Virus record (IMG/VR): IMGVR_UViG_2675903417_000002
Span: 1 to 36,620 of that record
DNA: 36,620 nucleotides
Source: a virus
Lineage: Duplodnaviria > Heunggongvirae > Uroviricota > Caudoviricetes
Strand: one strand, 5' to 3'
Made by a program: the position numbers and the translations under genes. Under the pieces are notes generated by a model that was given only the letters and a program-made list of their open reading frames with translations, ran no database searches and had not been told where the DNA came from. This document shows, in pieces, positions 10,193-19,902 of this stretch. Position 1 is the first letter of the stretch, and each line of letters begins with the position of its first letter.

Positions 10193-10220
10193 CCAGCAAT
10201 ACCTGTGAGGGGAATCCTGG

Positions 10221-12053
10221 CTACCAAAATCGGGTATAGCCAACATCGTGATTTATATCAATGCCACTGGAGCGTGTTTCCGTAACCCGCATACCTGGTG
10301 GCATATTTATAAATGATACCTTGATCTCACCATCAACTTTTGGCGCGGTAGCTTTATTAATCATGAAGGGATTCGAGCTTGTGGCACCGGAGGCGTTGTT
10401 TGCCTGAGCCGGATCCACCTCCGGATAAGGAGTGTATCCCCGTGGCGGTATTCCCGTCTCATAAGCATCATAAGCACCCGCGCCCCACTGCGCCGAGTTA
10501 ATGGCATCGACCGTGTCACCGGAACTGTCGGTAAACCATTCAATAATCGGCTTCAGCTTATCCCACATATCCTGAAACCACTTAACAACCGGTCCCCAGT
10601 TATTGATCACCATCCCCAGCGGCGACCAGGCAAAAACCTTCTTCAGAAGTTCCCAGCCAGCCTCAAAATAAGGACTAATGGTTTCCCAGAGTTTCTTAAA
10701 ATAAGGTCCGACAACATCCCAGTTAGTGATAATTAATCCCGCAGCCAGGGCAATCGCCGTCGCAATCATGCCAATCGGCGTCATCGACATGATCCTGCTG
10801 ACGATACTGATGGCACTGCCCACGCCCATCAATCCCAGTTTCAGAATCGCAAGACCGGCAGCAAGCCCGACGACGCCGCGAATAACCCGGGGATTTTCAT
10901 CCGCAAACTTCGTGAATTTTTCCCCTAACTCCCCCAGCCATTGCGTGATATTTTTGGCGTCACCAGAAAATGCGCCACCAATAGCCGCAAGGCCGTTAGT
11001 TGCGGTCCCCGTCATTGCCTCCCACAGGTTGGACAGCGTACCAAGCTGGGCCTGAACACGTTTATTCAGGCTGGCCTGTTTATGCATCTTCTGCTGGATC
11101 TGATCGTAACCATTCTTTCCTTTATCGATCAGAGCATTGACCACCTGAAGGGTTTCGGCATCATCACCAAATATTGCCTTAAGTACACCGGTTCGCTTAA
11201 CGTCGGTCAGTTTTCGCAGCTTTGCCAGTTGCCTGAACATGTTATCAAGACCGCCAAAACTCCCTTTGCCATCAGTAAAATCGAGCTGTACCCCGAGTTT
11301 CTGGCGGGCCATGATTTTATTGACGTCCCTGATTTTCTTAACGCTTAATCCGGACTGGATAACTTTTCGCAGGGCATTACCTGCCGACTCCCCGTTCATC
11401 CCCATCTGATCCATCATGACGCTGATGGGGGCAAGGCTCTGTGCAGCCTGAAGACCGTCCTTGTTCACCATCTTCAGAACAGAACTGGTTTTAGTGAAGA
11501 AGGACAACATGTTGGTATCGTCAACGCCCAGATAAAACGCCTTCTGGATAGTGTCGAACAGCCCCATCATGTCTTCTGACGCCGTTCCGGTAGCATCCTG
11601 CATCTTTGCGGCAAACTCGGCAGCCGCTTCCGGTGTTTTTTTCAGTTGTACCGCAAGATAAGCTGTCGCTTTACCCACACCGCCAAGAATGTTTTCTGCC
11701 GGGATCCCCTGACGCACCAGCATCTGCATCATGTTCTGAAAATCAGCCGTTGTACCGGGTAGCTGGTTACCCAGACCAATAGCCAGTTTATTGATGTCCT
11801 GAAAGCTCTTTCCGACCTCACCGTTCGCATCCATCATGGCAACTTTCAGCCCGGTGGCGGCGTTTTCCTGATCGGCATAAGATTTCAGGGAAAGCGTCAG
11901 ACCCGCAGCCAGTCCGCCACCAAGCGCCAGCCCACCCTGTGACGCTTCTTCCGCCTGGCGTTTAAATCCCCGGATTTTCTTTTGTATTTTCGACAGCGCG
12001 GGAGAAAGCCTGTCGACACCGGTGATCAACGCCTTAAGCTCAAATTCAGCCAT
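10221..12053 (-). CDS. Tail tape measure protein
   Basis: 610-aa ORF, Gly/Ala-rich with hydrophobic segments; follows the frameshifted chaperone pair. Confidence 0.75.
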   Translation of the reverse strand: MAEFELKALITGVDRLSPALSKIQKKIRGFKRQAEEASQGGLALGGGLAAGLTLSLKSYADQENAATGLKVAMMDANGEVGKSFQDINKLAIGLGNQLPGTTADFQNMMQMLVRQGIPAENILGGVGKATAYLAVQLKKTPEAAAEFAAKMQDATGTASEDMMGLFDTIQKAFYLGVDDTNMLSFFTKTSSVLKMVNKDGLQAAQSLAPISVMMDQMGMNGESAGNALRKVIQSGLSVKKIRDVNKIMARQKLGVQLDFTDGKGSFGGLDNMFRQLAKLRKLTDVKRTGVLKAIFGDDAETLQVVNALIDKGKNGYDQIQQKMHKQASLNKRVQAQLGTLSNLWEAMTGTATNGLAAIGGAFSGDAKNITQWLGELGEKFTKFADENPRVIRGVVGLAAGLAILKLGLMGVGSAISIVSRIMSMTPIGMIATAIALAAGLIITNWDVVGPYFKKLWETISPYFEAGWELLKKVFAWSPLGMVINNWGPVVKWFQDMWDKLKPIIEWFTDSSGDTVDAINSAQWGAGAYDAYETGIPPRGYTPYPEVDPAQANNASGATSSNPFMINKATAPKVDGEIKVSFINMPPGMRVTETRSSGIDINHDVGYTRFW

Positions 12054-12228
12054 GTGTGCGTTTCTCCTGCTCTATCCTGTTTGCCTGACTGACCAGCAAG
12101 GGAATTTCACTGATCGGCATATTCAGCAATTCGAAGGGATTAATGCGCCAGTAGCTGGCGCAGTCAAAGAAGCGATCAGTGAGGTATTCAGCCGTCAGGC
12201 CTGGAGGAAAAAACCAGCCACAAGCCAC
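12046..12228 (-). CDS. Tail assembly chaperone -1 frameshift extension (second frame)
   Basis: 60-aa ORF in the -1 frame relative to 12195..12464, overlapping its 3' end and the tape measure start; joined through a T_TTT_TTC slippery heptamer. Confidence 0.5.
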   Translation of the reverse strand: MACGWFFPPGLTAEYLTDRFFDCASYWRINPFELLNMPISEIPLLVSQANRIEQEKRTHG

Positions 12229-12464
12229 GCCGCTGCATTCAGGTCTGCCGGAGACATCTGGTCGACAGAGTTTTGCGGCACTTTCGCCAGCCGCACAATG
12301 TATTTCGATACCACATGCGCCAGAAGTCTGACGGACTCATCCTGATTCATCTGGTAGGGATACCCCAGCTCGCGGACATCCTTCCCGGTGGGTTCATCAA
12401 ACTCCAGTACGGAGAGTGTCTCACCATGAGCGATAATCGGTTTCTTTAACTCAAGCTCTTTCAT
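12195..12464 (-). CDS. Tail assembly chaperone (upstream frame)
   Basis: 89-aa ORF between tail tube and tape measure; ends AAWLVAGFFLQA with slippery site in the GFF codons. Confidence 0.65.
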   Translation of the reverse strand: MKELELKKPIIAHGETLSVLEFDEPTGKDVRELGYPYQMNQDESVRLLAHVVSKYIVRLAKVPQNSVDQMSPADLNAAAWLVAGFFLQA

Positions 12465-12820
12465 TACTGGTAATCCCCTTCTTCACCGTGGAACTCAAGA
12501 TCAACCGTGCCTTCTTCGGCATTATGGTTCGCTTCGCCGTGCAGCCAGGCGGACGACAATACATAGACCTGACCGTTCGCCAGCTCGGCAGTGATGGTCA
12601 TCTCATCAGACGAGGTGATTTTGCTCACCGGAAAATTCTTCGGCACCTTGAAGGTCCCTTTGACATAAGGCGCACGGTGAGTTTCCTTGCGGTCCACTGA
12701 ACCGTCCAGGCCGATGATGTCATCATTGACCGTCCTGTTCATGGGCACCTCAATGCCGCCGGTCAGCGATAGCTGCTGACCGTCAATTTTGAAATAACAG
12801 GTTCCCCCGATACGGGCCAT
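12464..12820 (-). CDS. Tail tube protein (Mu M-like)
   Basis: 118-aa ORF immediately downstream of the sheath gene. Confidence 0.7.
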   Translation of the reverse strand: MARIGGTCYFKIDGQQLSLTGGIEVPMNRTVNDDIIGLDGSVDRKETHRAPYVKGTFKVPKNFPVSKITSSDEMTITAELANGQVYVLSSAWLHGEANHNAEEGTVDLEFHGEEGDYQ

Positions 12821-14316
12821 TATGCAGACTCCTCTGAATACTGAAGACGGAACTGGTTAACCACGGCAAAGACACGCAACTGGTTAACATAGTCAGGCGG
12901 GAACAGCGTGTTCAGGCGGTTCGGATCGCTGGCATCACGCTCCACAACCAGGTACTGCTTAAACAGTTCGTAGTTTTCCACGATCCCCGCACGCTCAAGC
13001 TGACGGTAGGTTGCCAGCAGTTCCCCTTTGATCACCGCCGGGGTGACAATCGCCTGACCGGGACCAAAGCGGGTACCGTCGCTGGCAAGCTTGTGACGCC
13101 CGTACTTACTGGTAATGACGGATTTCAGTTTGCGCAGTACATACGCACTGGTATGCAGCGTCTCGCTGTCGAGGTAGCTGTTATCCGCAACCCCGTAAGC
13201 GTTTTTCCTGTACGTGGTGACATCACGCTGAATGCGCAGTACCCCACTTTCGACATACGCCGTTGCCACGCCATGAGACAGCAGGGTCTGTTGTTCTGTC
13301 ATCGTGAACCGTTTCCCCTTCGGCGCAGGCAGCATACCCACCAGCTCACCGGTCTGCGTGGGACGTGCCGGATCGTTGCGGATAAACACCGCTGCGCGGG
13401 CGGTACGGCTTGCCGCCAGCTCGTCGGCAGGTGTCTGGGTTTCTTTTTCGTATCCCGCCAGGGTAATGTGCTGCTGGTTAAACTGGTCACCTGCGGTCAC
13501 CAGTTCTGACAGCGTGCCGGTCTTTGCCGTATACACATGACCATACAGCTGACGCGCATAGCTCCAGCGACCGCTGGTATCGTTCATCTCGGTCACCAGC
13601 GTGTTAACGGAGGCCGTGTCGTTGAACGGCAGACCGATATAATCAAACGGCTCATCCGCCATTGCAGCCACCGCACCGGTGAGAACCGGAGCGCCCGTTC
13701 CGGCGGTACCCGTCGCCACAGCAATCTGTACGCCCGCTGGCAGCACTTCGCCCCCACCAAAGCCGTAGTAATTGAGGCTGACAGGAATTTCATTCCCGCA
13801 AAGCCCCTTATGACGCGCGGTCAGTGTGACCACGCCTGCCGAAGATGAGGCCGTAAACGGCAGGGTCGGAACGGCATTGATGGCATCCTGGATACTGCTG
13901 GCAATCGTCGCGACGTTATCGCCATTGGTCACCGGTGCCTGCACGCGGGTACGTCCCACATAAACATTCACCGTGCCGGTTTCGGTTGCCGCCCCTGTCA
14001 CCGTCAGCGTAACCGTTGCCGCCGCGCCCGTGGATTCAGGAACGGCAATCACATACAACTCGCCAAACGGGTCGGTCTGGCGATAAGCCTCAACCATACG
14101 CGCCAGCTGACTTCCCGCACCACAAATCTGGCGTGCATAGTCTGCCGACGGCATCAGCACCAGACTGTTGGCAACAATCTCTGCACCGTTATTGGCATGA
14201 CCAATCAGCAGCGACGCTCCGCTGTCCTGTGCAGTATTCGCCGCCGAGTTATCCATTTCCGCATAAAACAACGGAACCAGCGTATTCGACGGAATGGTGT
14301 TAAAGCTTATCGTCAT
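12820..14316 (-). CDS. Contractile tail sheath protein
   Basis: 498-aa ORF, size and position typical of myovirus sheath (Mu L-like). Confidence 0.8.
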   Translation of the reverse strand: MTISFNTIPSNTLVPLFYAEMDNSAANTAQDSGASLLIGHANNGAEIVANSLVLMPSADYARQICGAGSQLARMVEAYRQTDPFGELYVIAVPESTGAAATVTLTVTGAATETGTVNVYVGRTRVQAPVTNGDNVATIASSIQDAINAVPTLPFTASSSAGVVTLTARHKGLCGNEIPVSLNYYGFGGGEVLPAGVQIAVATGTAGTGAPVLTGAVAAMADEPFDYIGLPFNDTASVNTLVTEMNDTSGRWSYARQLYGHVYTAKTGTLSELVTAGDQFNQQHITLAGYEKETQTPADELAASRTARAAVFIRNDPARPTQTGELVGMLPAPKGKRFTMTEQQTLLSHGVATAYVESGVLRIQRDVTTYRKNAYGVADNSYLDSETLHTSAYVLRKLKSVITSKYGRHKLASDGTRFGPGQAIVTPAVIKGELLATYRQLERAGIVENYELFKQYLVVERDASDPNRLNTLFPPDYVNQLRVFAVVNQFRLQYSEESA

Positions 14317-14470
14317 CGGTATTCACCTTTTTATTCACGCGCCGGATATCACCCGCTGCTTCACGGCGCAGCCAGTAGTTGTTCTCGTCAACATTTCGCC
14401 CTTCGGCGGGCAAAAGGTCGCCGCGGGCAGGGTCAGGAACTGACCGCCCTTTAACAGGTTTGACAAACAT
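14300..14470 (-). CDS. Small conserved-position ORF (56 aa) upstream of the sheath gene
   Basis: ATG at 14468-14470 preceded by GAGGA; overlaps sheath start by 17 nt; below the 60-aa track cutoff, translated by hand. Confidence 0.35.
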   Translation of the reverse strand: MFVKPVKGRSVPDPARGDLLPAEGRNVDENNYWLRREAAGDIRRVNKKVNTDDDKL

Positions 14471-14478
14471 GAGGATCC

Positions 14479-15039
14479 TCAGGAAGGAAGGGTTATTTCG
14501 GTGTGATGTTCGATATCGCCGTCAGGCCCGTTACCGGGCTCGAGATAATCAACATCAATCGCCAGCGTTTGCAGTTCATCCAGACTGTTCAGGTCATCCT
14601 GCTGGCGGGTATCGTCTTCGGTAAGCTCGCTGATGACCGAAAAATCGAACTGATAAATCAGCTCATGACGATTCAGATCCAGCAGCGTGCCGCCGTCATA
14701 GGTAATCGGGTTACCGCACGCTTCCGGGTTCCAGCCCAGCAGGGCCTTAAAGAGCATCTGCCGGACATCGTCCACCACATCATACGAGGCAAACTGACCG
14801 CGCTCATCACGCCCGTTACTCAGTATGACAACCACGGAGAAGCCCTCTTTCAGCTCCTGCCAGTAGTCGGTCTGGCTTTTGTTTTCTCCCGGAGAGTCAT
14901 CACCCGGTACCACATACGCCGCCGGGAGTCTCAGCTTTCCGACCTCCGGCAGATTTTTGAACTGTGCCGCGCCTGCCACCCGGTTTTCAAAATACGGGCA
15001 GCGGGCACGCAGCGCAGCAATAACAGGCGTCAGTTTCAT
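14479..15039 (-). CDS. Tail/neck protein (tail completion or terminator-like)
   Basis: 186-aa ORF between head-tail joining genes and sheath. Confidence 0.45.
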   Translation of the reverse strand: MKLTPVIAALRARCPYFENRVAGAAQFKNLPEVGKLRLPAAYVVPGDDSPGENKSQTDYWQELKEGFSVVVILSNGRDERGQFASYDVVDDVRQMLFKALLGWNPEACGNPITYDGGTLLDLNRHELIYQFDFSVISELTEDDTRQQDDLNSLDELQTLAIDVDYLEPGNGPDGDIEHHTEITLPS

Positions 15040-15542
15040 CTGTGTCGTCGCTCCGGCTTCAGTGATTTACGCAATTCCCGCGCCAGAAAATAGCGTGTCC
15101 AGCTGCGGTTCTTTTCAAGAGTTTCCACCATAAAGTTATTACGTGGGGCCAGTCGCCAGCCGCTGCCACCGGATGCACCACGATGATGGCTGCGACGACG
15201 CTTTGCCCCTCGCCTCACGCCATAGAACAGAAAAGCCGGATAAAAATCACCGGTGATACGGCGGTTTCCCTCTCCATTACGCTGGTTAGGGGCTATACGT
15301 GCCATAAAACCAGGGCGATGTTTACTGGCTCTGGGTACCATGTAACCAATCGAACGAGCCAGGCGTCCGGTCTGATAACCGGGGTTTTCACCCGGTGCCG
15401 ACCGCGCACGGCGCATCACCAGCCGACGGGCATCACGCATATGACGCTGACCAATCGTGACAAACGCCCGCCTGACACGGGCGCGGTTAAAGCGCATCTC
15501 CGCGGGCTGCTGAAAATCAACGTGCAAAAAGGAAGTCGTCAT
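15036..15542 (-). CDS. Head-tail joining protein (HK97 gp10-like), Arg-rich
   Basis: 168-aa ORF in the connector module, overlapping neighbours. Confidence 0.45.
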   Translation of the reverse strand: MTTSFLHVDFQQPAEMRFNRARVRRAFVTIGQRHMRDARRLVMRRARSAPGENPGYQTGRLARSIGYMVPRASKHRPGFMARIAPNQRNGEGNRRITGDFYPAFLFYGVRRGAKRRRSHHRGASGGSGWRLAPRNNFMVETLEKNRSWTRYFLARELRKSLKPERRHR

Positions 15543-15927
15543 TGTTGCCTCCGTGACTCTGCCTACATTCGCCCAGCTCCGTACACTCCAGCAGCAGAAA
15601 GCGCCGCGCCCCGTTCAGATCGCGCTGACGTTTCACCCGGTACACACTGTCACCGCAGACCACCTCATAATCAGCGGTGATCCCCCGGCGGTAACGAATG
15701 GTGATGTAATGGGTGATGGCGTCCCCGGTCTGCGCGGTTTCCTGCCAGGTGGTGGCACTGGTCTGGATAACCTTCGCCCATGTCCGGAACGTAACCGGGT
15801 ATTGAGGCTCCACGCCAAAGTTATCCGCGGGCATATCCACCCGCAGGCGGATCAGGACGCGTTTATTCAGTTCACCGGGGTCCGGCAGAATGTAGGTTGC
15901 GCTGGTCTGCGCCTGACGAATTTTCAT
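15517..15927 (-). CDS. Head closure / head-tail adaptor protein
   Basis: 136-aa ORF in the connector module. Confidence 0.5.
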   Translation of the reverse strand: MKIRQAQTSATYILPDPGELNKRVLIRLRVDMPADNFGVEPQYPVTFRTWAKVIQTSATTWQETAQTGDAITHYITIRYRRGITADYEVVCGDSVYRVKRQRDLNGARRFLLLECTELGECRQSHGGNNDDFLFAR

Positions 15928-16247
15928 TGCGGAAAGTACCTGTACGGGCCGACAAGCCAGCCAAAACTCTGCGGCATGTCGAGTTTCTCCACTTCCGTAA
16001 CCGACGAGCGGTTTTCGTAAAAATGGCTGATAAGCATCAGCATCCCCAGACGAATATCATCCGGCAGGTGCAGCCTGTCCGGATCGCTGTCCGGAATGGT
16101 TTCATCCGGAGCATAGAGCTTCCGGTTCAGATACGTTTCCGTCCGCTTTTGCGCCGCACAGGCCAGCAGTTGCAGATGGCGGTCATCAGCATCGAAATCC
16201 TCATCCAGCCGGAGTTGGGCTTTAATCTCTTCCATTGTCAGAAGCAT
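15924..16247 (-). CDS. Head-tail connector (gp6-like) protein
   Basis: 107-aa ORF directly after the capsid genes. Confidence 0.5.
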   Translation of the reverse strand: MLLTMEEIKAQLRLDEDFDADDRHLQLLACAAQKRTETYLNRKLYAPDETIPDSDPDRLHLPDDIRLGMLMLISHFYENRSSVTEVEKLDMPQSFGWLVGPYRYFPQ

Positions 16248-16249
16248 AC

Positions 16250-16450
16250 TCAGCCCTCTTTACTGGTCGTGGCTTTTTTCTCTTTTGTCGCTTTACTGCT
16301 TTTTGCACTGGTTCCGCGCTCTGCTAACCCGGCCTGAAGTGCAATCTCCTGCACCCGGGCAGGAAGCGCCCCGTCGTCATACTCACCGGCCCGAATGACC
16401 TCAACACGCATACCGTCCGGTGACCATTTCAGATCTTGTTTCAGGATCAT
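16250..16450 (-). CDS. Small head-associated protein
   Basis: 66-aa ORF between major capsid and connector genes. Confidence 0.35.
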   Translation of the reverse strand: MILKQDLKWSPDGMRVEVIRAGEYDDGALPARVQEIALQAGLAERGTSAKSSKATKEKKATTSKEG

Positions 16451-16499
16451 GATTCTTCACCCGTCAGAACAGGGGGCGCGGTTCCACGCCCCTGAGTGA

Positions 16500-17705
16500 T
16501 TACGCCGCTGCAATCTTCAGCAGTTTGATGGCCTGCGAATCGACCAGCATCCCGCCGGTGCGCTTAGTGGTATAAAAACCGACAAACGGTTTATTGGTGT
16601 ACGGGTCACGCAGAATGCGGGTGCCGATACGGTCAACGATGGTGTAACCCCGTTTGAAGTTACCAAATGCAATGGCTTTCGCATCAGCGGCGATATCCGG
16701 CATCTGTTCGTTTTCAGCGATACCATAACCCGCCAGAGAGGACGGCTGCCCCAGTTCCAGCCCCGGACGCCACAGATAGTTACCCTCGGTGTCTTTCAGC
16801 AGACGGATGGCAAACAGGCTGTTGTTGTTCATCATGAACTTCGCGCCAGTGCGGTGTGCCTTACGCAGCGTGTAAATCAGTTTGATAATGGCGTCTGCGG
16901 TCACCGCGGTCGCTTCGCCGGATACAATATGCTGAAGTTTGCCGAACGCCCGGACCTTGTCGGTTTCATCAGTGGATTCATACGCCAGGAACCCTTTCGG
17001 CTTCTTGGTGCCATCGCCTGAGGTAAAGGCAATTTCTTCCTGTTCGGCAAATTCGGTTGCCAGCTCGCTGTTGATCCAGGCCTCCACGTTGAAGAAGGCA
17101 TCGTCCAGCATTTTCTGGGTAGCCTGCGGGTTGCCGTAAATTTCCCCCATGAGAGGTTCAATCAGCTCCAGTCTGGAGGTGGCAGTCTGGGATCGCGTAT
17201 CCGTTTCCCCCACCCATCCGGAAGCCGTACCGCCCAGATTCACCAGTTTTTTGTAGTCGGAACCGCCAACGGTGATCACCGTGGCTTCCTGACGCATCAC
17301 CACTTCATCTTTCAGCAGGTTAAGAATGTTGCGATCCAGTTCTTCCGGCACGGCGTAGCCACCGTCTTCATCGGTACCCACCTGCAATGCCTTACGCTCC
17401 AGATCGCGCAGACCGTCTTCACGGCCTTTACGCAGGAAGCCCACAAACGCCTCTTTATGCTCGGTGGCCAGTTTATTTTGCGCTCCACCAGCCGGACGTT
17501 TCAGCTCAAGCAGCTCTTTTTCAAGGTCGCTTTTGAGATTTTCCAGCTCGCTGAGTTTCCCGTTCAGGGTTTCCACCTGCCCGGCAAGCTTGCCTTTTTC
17601 CTGCTCAATCGCATCCACGCGCTTGTCGTTCTTTGCTTTGAAGTCGTCAAACTTCTGCTGCAGCTCCTGCGCGACCTGTTCGACATCTTTAATATCAACC
17701 GCCAT
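16500..17705 (-). CDS. Major capsid protein, HK97 fold, with N-terminal coiled-coil delta domain
   Basis: 401-aa ORF; N-terminal ~100 aa strongly coiled-coil (scaffold-like), follows the prohead protease. Confidence 0.8.
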   Translation of the reverse strand: MAVDIKDVEQVAQELQQKFDDFKAKNDKRVDAIEQEKGKLAGQVETLNGKLSELENLKSDLEKELLELKRPAGGAQNKLATEHKEAFVGFLRKGREDGLRDLERKALQVGTDEDGGYAVPEELDRNILNLLKDEVVMRQEATVITVGGSDYKKLVNLGGTASGWVGETDTRSQTATSRLELIEPLMGEIYGNPQATQKMLDDAFFNVEAWINSELATEFAEQEEIAFTSGDGTKKPKGFLAYESTDETDKVRAFGKLQHIVSGEATAVTADAIIKLIYTLRKAHRTGAKFMMNNNSLFAIRLLKDTEGNYLWRPGLELGQPSSLAGYGIAENEQMPDIAADAKAIAFGNFKRGYTIVDRIGTRILRDPYTNKPFVGFYTTKRTGGMLVDSQAIKLLKIAAA

Positions 17706-17719
17706 CGTATTTCTCCTGA

Positions 17720-18406
17720 TTAGAAGTTCAGATTTTTCAGTGCATTCAGTGCAGAGCCCACATCCTCAGCGTCGCGCAGGGACAGTGCGCCATAGCCCCC
17801 GGCCATGAATGCTTTGGCCTGGGTACGGGAGAGTCCGACATCACGCAGGACTCTTTCGATTTTTTTCTGTTCGGGGATTTCCCCGCGGGCCAGTGCGTTC
17901 TTGACGTCGCTGATCCGCGCCTCGTCGTTAGACGGGAACGTCACCAGGCTGACTTCCCAGAGGTCGATTTCTTTCAGCAGAAAGGCTTCTTTGCTCCGGT
18001 CGTATTCCCAGTCTTTCAGGACGTACCCAATAGAAAGGCCGGTTAACGAACCGGCCTTCATGTGTGCATGTGCGCGTTTTGCGAGGGGATCATCATCAAT
18101 AAGCAACCGTCCCCTGACGTAAAGCCCGACATCGTCTTCCTTCATTTCGGTGTAAACACCGATGGGTTCATCCATGCGGTGCTGCCAGAGCAGCGCAGGT
18201 AACGCTTTTCTGTCACTCCACGCCCGCAGGGAAGCAGCAAATGCCCCGGACATCACCACATCATCGTGGCTGTCCTTTACACCAAAGACGGAGCCATACC
18301 CTTCAAACTCACCGGAGTCACTGACAGATTTCAGACTCAGCGGTACATCAAGACGTTGTTTCGTCTGCATTGGCGTTATCCTTCTGCTTACCGGCTTTAC
18401 TGCCAT
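17720..18406 (-). CDS. Prohead protease (HK97 / U35 family)
   Basis: 228-aa ORF between portal and capsid, overlapping the portal 3' end. Confidence 0.75.
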   Translation of the reverse strand: MAVKPVSRRITPMQTKQRLDVPLSLKSVSDSGEFEGYGSVFGVKDSHDDVVMSGAFAASLRAWSDRKALPALLWQHRMDEPIGVYTEMKEDDVGLYVRGRLLIDDDPLAKRAHAHMKAGSLTGLSIGYVLKDWEYDRSKEAFLLKEIDLWEVSLVTFPSNDEARISDVKNALARGEIPEQKKIERVLRDVGLSRTQAKAFMAGGYGALSLRDAEDVGSALNALKNLNF

Positions 18407-19589
18407 CGGAGGGTTTCGTGGTCATGTTCATCGGTGTGAGATAGACATCACCACCGGGACGCGGATTCATATCTTCCAGGTCGCGGCAGTCATTGGGAGA
18501 GTAAATTCCCCAGTTGATCCCGGTGGCGTAGGCTTCAAAACGGGACTTCATGTCCCCGCGCAGTAACGCCCCGGCGTTAAATTTGGCGTAATAAACGCCC
18601 TGCTTACTTTTTCGTACCAGTCCGGTGTTGATCCGCTGTTCGATGCGGGTCAGATACGGCACCAGTGAATAGTTGATAAATCCCAGCCCCAGCTCTTCGA
18701 TATTGTTGAAGGTGGCGCGATCGGTGTTCTGCACCATGTGCAACGGCACCCGGAACAGACGACAGATTTCTTCAAGCTGAAACTTGCGGGTTTCCAGGAA
18801 CTGGCTGTCCTCGGCGTTCAGCGCCATCGACTTCCAGTCCAGCCCCATCTCAAGGATCATCGGGCGGTGAGCATTGCCAAGCCCGGTGTGACGCTCCTCA
18901 AAATCTTTCTTCAGGCGCTCATAAGCCTGATCTGACAGCGTCTGCTCTGTACGCAACACACCCGACGTCACCGCGCCATTGCTGAACAGTCTGGCCCCGT
19001 GCTCTTCGGTCGCAGCTGCCAGCGATATTGCCTCGCGGGCATAGGCGATGGGATTCAGCCCCACCAGTCCGTCCAGCGTCAGCGTGCGCACATGCCAGAT
19101 ATCCTCCTGGCTCAGTACATCCGTGGAGCCATCCGGGAATGTGACCTGATAGATCGGCTCCCAGCTACTGTTAAGCTTCGGTACCACACAGCCGGGATCG
19201 ACGGGCAGCAGTTCAGCCACTTCGCCAAATGCTTTCACTTTGTAGGCGTAAAAGTTTCCCCGCAGGCACAGACAGGTGACCACCAGCTCCCAGAACTCCT
19301 GCGGCGTCATATAGCCATTGGGATGCGTGGAGATCAGTTTATGCAGACGTTCGCCGGTGGCTCTCTGCTTCAGGCTGCCGTTCAGGTGATACAGATTGCA
19401 GGGCAACATCCCGACCGACTCTGCCAGCACTCTGACGCAGGAAAAAACCGCCGTCAGTCGCATGGCCCGCTGACTGCTGATCTGCTTTCCGGTATAGGTG
19501 TCGTAGGACATCCCGATGGCATCCGCCAGCTCTGCTGGCGTGGTCACCGGTGCGTCACTTTTTCGTTGAAATAATCCCGAAAAGAACAC
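18348..19589 (-). CDS. Portal protein (HK97 family)
   Basis: 413-aa ORF downstream of terminase large subunit. Confidence 0.8.
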   Translation of the reverse strand: MFFSGLFQRKSDAPVTTPAELADAIGMSYDTYTGKQISSQRAMRLTAVFSCVRVLAESVGMLPCNLYHLNGSLKQRATGERLHKLISTHPNGYMTPQEFWELVVTCLCLRGNFYAYKVKAFGEVAELLPVDPGCVVPKLNSSWEPIYQVTFPDGSTDVLSQEDIWHVRTLTLDGLVGLNPIAYAREAISLAAATEEHGARLFSNGAVTSGVLRTEQTLSDQAYERLKKDFEERHTGLGNAHRPMILEMGLDWKSMALNAEDSQFLETRKFQLEEICRLFRVPLHMVQNTDRATFNNIEELGLGFINYSLVPYLTRIEQRINTGLVRKSKQGVYYAKFNAGALLRGDMKSRFEAYATGINWGIYSPNDCRDLEDMNPRPGGDVYLTPMNMTTKPSDGSKAGKQKDNANADETTS

Positions 19590-19771
19590 TATTTACCTCC
19601 ACCAACAGACAGCTGTGTACGGTCGAGATATCGCGCTACCAGCCACGACCAGAACAGGCACAACGCCCCGGCAACAACAAACCCCGCCGGGGGATAAATC
19701 AGCCAGGCACCATACGCCAGCAAAAGCGCCCCCAGCACGCCCACCAGAGGCGCGAGAATCAGCATGATCAT
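19589..19771 (-). CDS. Small hydrophobic membrane protein
   Basis: 60-aa ORF with two predicted TM stretches between terL and portal. Confidence 0.35.
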   Translation of the reverse strand: MIMLILAPLVGVLGALLLAYGAWLIYPPAGFVVAGALCLFWSWLVARYLDRTQLSVGGGK

Positions 19772-19902
19772 AATTACCTCAGTTAAAGCGAGCGGATCCC
19801 ATAGGACTCAATGTGGTCAGACAGCGTGTCTTCTTTCTCGTACAGCATGGCTCTGCCAACCGCCATAATCAGCGCAACTGCACCGTCAATTTTGTTTTCC
19901 GC

